Shown here: one piece after another, positions 48,660-54,151 of the stretch | Layout: every line of letters begins with the position of its first letter | Position numbering within the stretch: position 1 is the first letter of the stretch | Origin: Octopus bimaculoides | Lineage: Eukaryota | DNA length: 54,151 nucleotides | Direction: 5' to 3' | Assembly: GCF_001194135.2 (NCBI RefSeq) | Contig: NC_068988.1 | Location: 15,944,457-15,998,607 of the forward strand | Translations under genes and position numbers: made by a program | The notes under the pieces: model-generated | Seen by the model: only the letters and a program-made list of their open reading frames with translations | Databases searched by the model: none | What the model was told of the DNA's origin: nothing

Positions 48660-48872
48660 GGCGGTGAGCTGGCAGAAAAGTTAGCACGCTGGGCGAAATG
48701 CTTAGCGGTATTTTGTCTGTCTTTATGTTCTGAGTTCAAATTCCGCCGAGGTTGACTTTGCCTTTCATCCTTTCAGGGTCGATAAATTAAGTACCAGTTG
48801 CATACTGGAGTCGATCTCATCGACTGGCCCTCACCGTCAAAATTTCGGGCATTGTGCCTAGAGTAGAAAAGG
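48660..48872 (+). mobile_element. SINE family B, full length
   Basis: tRNA-like head GGCGGTGAGCTGGCAGAA...GAGTTCAAATTCC; central GCCTTTCATCCTTTCAGGGTCGATAAATTAAGTACC (resembles the Meta-type SINE domain, from recall); tail GTGCCTAGAGTAGAAAAG. Confidence 0.9.
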
Positions 48873-48890
48873 AAGAGGAATTTTCAAATG

Positions 48891-48935
<45 letters not shown>

Positions 48936-49004
48936 TAATAAGAAGAAGAAGAAGAAGAAGAAGAAGAAAGAAGAAGAAGAAGAAAGAAGAAGAAGGAGAA
49001 AAAA

Positions 49005-49406
49005 ATTATAAGACAAGATGTGCAATACAGTTGATGTTGCGTGCCCCTTTGACCCACGAATAGCCAAGAAAGAAGGCGAAAAAATAGATATATACAATCC
49101 TCTTAAGTACAAAATAGCCCGGCTATGGAAAAATGAAGGTGAAGATAGTACCAGTTAATGTTGAGTCCTAGGGGACAGTATCAGAAGGCATCAAGAGGAA
49201 TATAAAGGAAATCGGAATAGAGTGTCCAGTAGAACTGTTACAAAAGGTTTGCCTCCTTGTCACGGCCAGAATAATGAAGAAAGTATTAGATAGCTGAAAA
49301 GATCAGACAGCATGGTACTGTAGGCTGCAAGCATCAAACCCGCTACGCATTCAAGTCTCCAGGAGTTACAACAACACCTGAGATAAACAGAATAAATAAT
49401 AATAAA
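49005..49406 (+). mobile_element. Dong/R4-clade LINE 3' end: RLE endonuclease C-terminus, 3' UTR, (TAA)n tail
   Basis: VDVACPFDPRIAKKEGEKIDIYNPLKYKIARLWK...VKIVPVNVESLGTV...VELLQKVCLLVTARIMKKVLDS* (stop 49295-49297), then AATAAATAATAATAAAT. Confidence 0.88.
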
Positions 49407-50101
49407 TTTGTTTGCCATGATGAACAGAATTAATTATCATACGTCAGAAAACTTAATTTACAAAGATAACACTTTTCAAGATAACACTTTTTAATAAAAA
49501 AAATTAAGCTAAGCAATCAAACTCTGCCAGATACGAGAATTTATAAACATTATAACCTTTCGCACTTATGATTTCGTATGTAAAATCACCCATACATAAT
49601 GTCACTCTCGGAAGAGTTATGAAAAATTACAGAAAAAACGAAGCAAGTAGGTTACATATGACGTACCTTTTGTAATTGTCATAGAGGTGTTTATAATATT
49701 CTATACTATATTCTATATACTATATACTATAATTGATTTTAATGGACTCTGGGCCTGTTTATTGCTTGATGTTAAGATAACCAAGAAAGATACAATTACT
49801 TGAAAAAGAATATATTTAAACAAAGATTCAGTCACCTAAGATCTTTATGATGCAACATTACACGACAAACTTCAGTCGGTTTTTACTACACCACGTAATT
49901 GTTCTTATCTTATTTACTTTTTTCATCGTGCATATAAAGCGGAAATTGCCTTCCGTTTGAATGTGAAGACCTTACGCTATTGCTGTAAATCGTTTAATCT
50001 TTCAATTATTTCAGCTTCAAAGCTGCGGTCATGCTGGGACACCCCCGTTGATTGTTTGAAGAACTTACACTGTATCTACGAGTGATGACCTTACTCTATA
50101 G

Positions 50102-50234
50102 TTTACACAAAACGAAAATGTGAAAGAGAAGCATCCGCTTTGGACTGAATTTTACAAAAGAAGGTTTCAAGTTGTTGATGGTCTGTCAGAAGATGATTTG
50201 TTTAAAAGGTTGGAAACGGACGAAGGTGATCAGA
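50102..50234 (+). CDS. Candidate internal exon of an unidentified gene
   Basis: The frame opens exactly at an acceptor (CCTTACTCTATAG) and closes just after donor GTATGT (alternative donor GTGATC after 50225). Peptide FTQNENVKEKHPLWTEFYKRRFQVVDGLSEDDLFKRLETDEGDQ looks protein-like; the other two frames are closed. Confidence 0.38.
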
Positions 50235-50237
50235 GTA

Positions 50238-50590
50238 TGTTTTATCTTTGATCTGTTTCAGTCATTAGACTGCCACTATGGAAGGAGCTTTAGTAAAATG
50301 AATCAACCCCAGAACTTATTTTTAAAAAGCTTTGTACTTATTCTAGCGGAAACACTTTGCCGAACCGCTAGATTACGAGGACATAAGCAAACTAACACCG
50401 GTTGTCAAGTGGTGGTGGATGACAAACACACACACACACACATAAATACGATGGGCTTCTTTCAGTTTCTCTCTACCAAATCCACTCACAAGACCTGAGA
50501 CACCGAAAGTGCCACGCAGTGGGACTGAACCTGGAACCAAGTGGTTGGGAAGCAAAGCAAGCTTCTTACCACACAGCCACGCACTGCATC
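50238..50590 (-). mobile_element. SINE family A, near full length
   Basis: Tail, (CA)n, ACCAAATCCACTCACAAG and head GTGGGACTGAACC...CACAGCCAC present. Confidence 0.88.
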
Positions 50591-51071
50591 TATCCTAATT
50601 CCTTTTGATTAGCTGTTCTTATTTTAGGACTTCATTAATCTATTTCTTTTCGATATCATTTCTACGCACACATGAGTCATGTCAGACAACACCTTAAAGA
50701 ATAGAAATAAATGTAATGTAATTATAAATTTATTTGCAATACGGTAAAAAAGAAAAGCTTATCAAGGTTTCAGTATAGATATATTTTTTTAAAGATAGAG
50801 AAGAAAGAATAGGAAGGGGAAAAGCTTGTATATTGCTATGTAGGAATTTAATAAAAGAAAGAATTGGCAAGTCAGGTATGTCGTGTCGGAATATTGATGA
50901 ATAGAGATCGAGGACAAAGAAAATAGAAAGCATCAAGAACAAATTTGATGTTTATGCTGCCCAGTTTGTGTATATAAATATATAGACACGGCAGTCTGTA
51001 TGTATATATATGTCTGTCTGTATGCACATATGCATATATGTATGTGTGCGCGTACGCGTGTGTGTATGTAC

Positions 51072-51107
<36 letters not shown>

Positions 51108-51535
51108 CTGAAAGAACAAATATTTAGTACGAATGCGCATGTGCGTATGCGTTAAGTGAAGAACGCAAAAAGATGGCAAGGAAATGGGGGAAATATAAAC
51201 GGTTGGCAATACCAACTGAATAACACTTACTTAATTTAAAAAAAAAATTAGTTGTTTTTCATGAAGTAGGACGTCGACAGGGAACAATGAGCTTGAAGCA
51301 AAAGAAAAACACAATCAAAACGATAAGGAGTGCCTGTTGGATATAAAATGGTGAGCCATAAGATTACGGAAACCATCAAGAAAAGGCTACTTGCAGTTAC
51401 CTACCAATAACTTTTTACTTTAACCTGAGCATGTAGTTTAAGCAATTTATTTTCGAACGCCACGGCTTTGGTTCTATAACTGTTTCGCAAATTTTGGACC
51501 ATTTTACTTGTATATTTTACGATATTTGATATTAT

Positions 51536-51920
51536 GTTGTTGATGGCACTCCGTCGCTTACGATGTCGAGGGTTCCAATTGATCCGACCAACGGAACAGC
51601 TTGCTAGGGAAATTGACGTGCAAGTGGCTGAGCACTCCACAGACAAGTGTATCTTTACGTAGTTCTCGGGGATATTCAGCGTGACACAGTGTGACAAGGC
51701 TGACCCTTTAAATTACAGGCACAACAGAAAGAGGAAGTAAGAGCGAGAGAAAGATGTGGTGAAAGAGTACAGCAGGGTCACCACCATCCCCTGCTGGAGC
51801 CTCGTGGAGCTTTAGGTGTTTTCGCTCAATATACACTCACAACGCCCGGTCTGGGAATCGAAACCGCGATTCTATGACCACGAGTCCGCTGCCCTAACCA
51901 CTGGGCCATTGCGCCTCCAC
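51536..51920 (-). mobile_element. SINE family C, full length, 13-bp TSD TATTTGATATTAT
   Basis: Colinear with 17584-17953; TSD at 51523-51535 and 51921-51933. Confidence 0.93.
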
Positions 51921-52344
51921 TATTTGATATTATATAAGGTACCTAATCTGCAAACCTATGGCACACCACTGCATTTCCACGGGTCACTACCACTGCCATC
52001 ATAACCACCACTACCTTTCTATCATCGGTTTGTTTTCAATATTGATGCCCCCTTCTTACAAGAATTCACCGAGAGCAGCAACTTTATTTGCAACTTGGCA
52101 CATGTTCTCACTTTGGTGTTACAAACCCTTGGATTTTTAAAAAAATCCATACCTATATCCTTTCATTACGCTTCGCGAACACAGATCCACATACCCACAC
52201 TTCGTAGCACATCTGTTCAAGCATGTATACATATGTATTGATCGCTGCATATGCATACTCACGCTGGCTCAACACATACACCAACTCCCCTGATTCTGCT
52301 TGCTATTTCTTTTGGTTAATCTGCGATGATTCTACTTACATTCC

Positions 52345-52640
52345 TCTCCAGTTACCTACCAACCCACAAACCTACCTACCTACCTACCTACCTACCTACC
52401 TACCAATCTATACACCAACCAACGAGCTACCTATCTACCGACCTACCGACTAACCTACCTATCTGCCATACTACCGACCTGCTCTCTCGCAGTCTCGTCG
52501 TCCTGCCGTCCTGCCGCCCTGCCTTCCTGCCGCCCTGCCTTCCTGCCGCCCTGCCTTCCTGTCGTCCTGCCGTCCTGTCGTCCTGCCGTCCTGTCGTCCT
52601 ACCGACTGATCTACTAACATACCAACCTACCAACACACCT
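52345..52640. repeat. (CCTA)n grading into (CCTG/CCGT/GTCG) higher-order units
   Basis: Direct reading. Confidence 0.9.
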
Positions 52641-52989
52641 ACTTACTTTCTTTATCCATCAATACTATCATACGTGGAAAAGAACAAATGAATAGCTTCT
52701 TTACCTAATTTCTCTCTTGATAAAGAGCCTCTGTTTAAAACGTTGATCGCGTTTTCCTTTTCCTCTCGATCAATATAAACCATTTACTTTATATTCAGGT
52801 GCCGACGCCGACTCACAACACGTAATGCTTTATGCTTGTTTGTTCAGATCTCTATAGCATTGCACAGAACACAAACTGGATTGCATGCAGTGTGTTTGGA
52901 TATTTTTGTTGTACTTGTTGTAGAATAAAGGTAGGAAACAACAGCAACGACGTCCATCACTTACTTTTCATCGACCCTCCCCTTTTTGT

Positions 52990-53026
52990 TGTCATCATCA
53001 TCAACATCATCATCATCATCATCACC

Positions 53027-53075
<49 letters not shown>

Positions 53076-53599
53076 CCACTACCACCATCATCATCATCAT
53101 CATCATCATCAGTTCTATCACCACCACCATAATCATCATCATCATCATCATCATCATCACCATCATCATCGCTGTCGTCGTCATCGTCGTCATGGCTGTC
53201 ATCGTCGTCATCATGCTCACCGCCAGCATCAGCATCAACACCAGCACCAGGACCACCACCACAACCATCACCACCGCCACCGCCGCCGCCGCCACTGCCA
53301 CCACCACCACCAACAACAACAACACCAGCATCACTATCACAAGCCCAACATTCTTTTCTTCTCTTTCTACTTCATCATCATCTTCTCCTTCTTCTCTCTT
53401 CTTCTCTCTTCTCTATTCTTTTTCTTCCTTCTTCTTTTTCTTCGTCGTCTTCTTCTTCTTCTTCTTCTTCTTCTCCTCCTCCTCCTCTTCCCCTTTCTCC
53501 TTCACCTTCCTCCTCCACCACCACCACCACCACCACAAACCACCTCCTCCTCCTCCTCCTCATCATCATCATCATCATCACCACCACCGTCTCCATCAC

Positions 53600-53650
<51 letters not shown>

Positions 53651-53665
53651 GATCATCATCACCGT
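52990..53665. repeat. Compound triplet microsatellite (CAT/CAC/CTT/CCT blocks)
   Basis: Direct reading; explains the 321-aa and poly-M ORFs. Confidence 0.96.
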
Positions 53666-54058
53666 TATTACATTATTGTTGTTATTATTAACATCGACAC
53701 ATCAACTATCACATTTATAATAATAGGGACCATTACCATTAGTTCGACTGCTCCAAGGTCTTATGGTAATAATCATTATGTATTCTTTTCGTTTTAATGT
53801 TGCTATAATTTAAAAGAAATATCGCGGAAAACGTCAACAAAAGTAAAACTGACTTAAAGAAAAAAATAAGAAGAGAAAACAAAGAACAGAAATATTAAGA
53901 CTACCGCCAATATCATCCCCACCGCAACTCCACAACCATCACCACAATCACCATCAGGAATAACAATACTGTTAGACATTTATGTATATGTGTACTTATA
54001 TACGTGTATCTATGTATATGTATGCATATGCATAAGTATATGTGTGTATATAGACACA

Positions 54059-54151
<93 letters not shown>

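Noticed and set aside
52832-53797. 321-aa ORF and antisense poly-M ORFs
   Set aside because: Translation of stop-free triplet microsatellites; no domain content.

Overview
AT-rich, microsatellite-saturated animal genomic DNA with eight N gaps. It is inferred to be coleoid cephalopod (octopus-like) from its tRNA-derived SINE families and repeat profile; no database check was possible. No complete protein-coding gene is supported: almost all long ORFs in the track are translations of (CA)n/(TA)n/triplet repeats or N gaps. The window looks intronic or intergenic, with two low-confidence + strand exon candidates. It holds five recurring SINE-like families (labelled A-E here) and decayed LINE fragments (RTE, Rex3/Expander-like RTE, CR1/L2-group, Dong/R4). 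It also holds a decayed Penelope-like RT, a split mariner transposase, hAT- and piggyBac-like non-autonomous pieces, and several foldback structures. The top finding is a near-canonical type I hammerhead ribozyme on the - strand (27797-27865). It lies in a ~270 bp non-coding insert nested in a (TA)n tract, and a second, degenerate hammerhead-like insert sits at 11.8 kb; both suggest Penelope-derived or retrozyme-like elements. Other notable items: a microhomology-bounded templated insertion that splits the mariner in frame and preserves an empty SINE site, a ~150-bp-arm hairpin, and a palindromic element family with ~12-bp target duplications.
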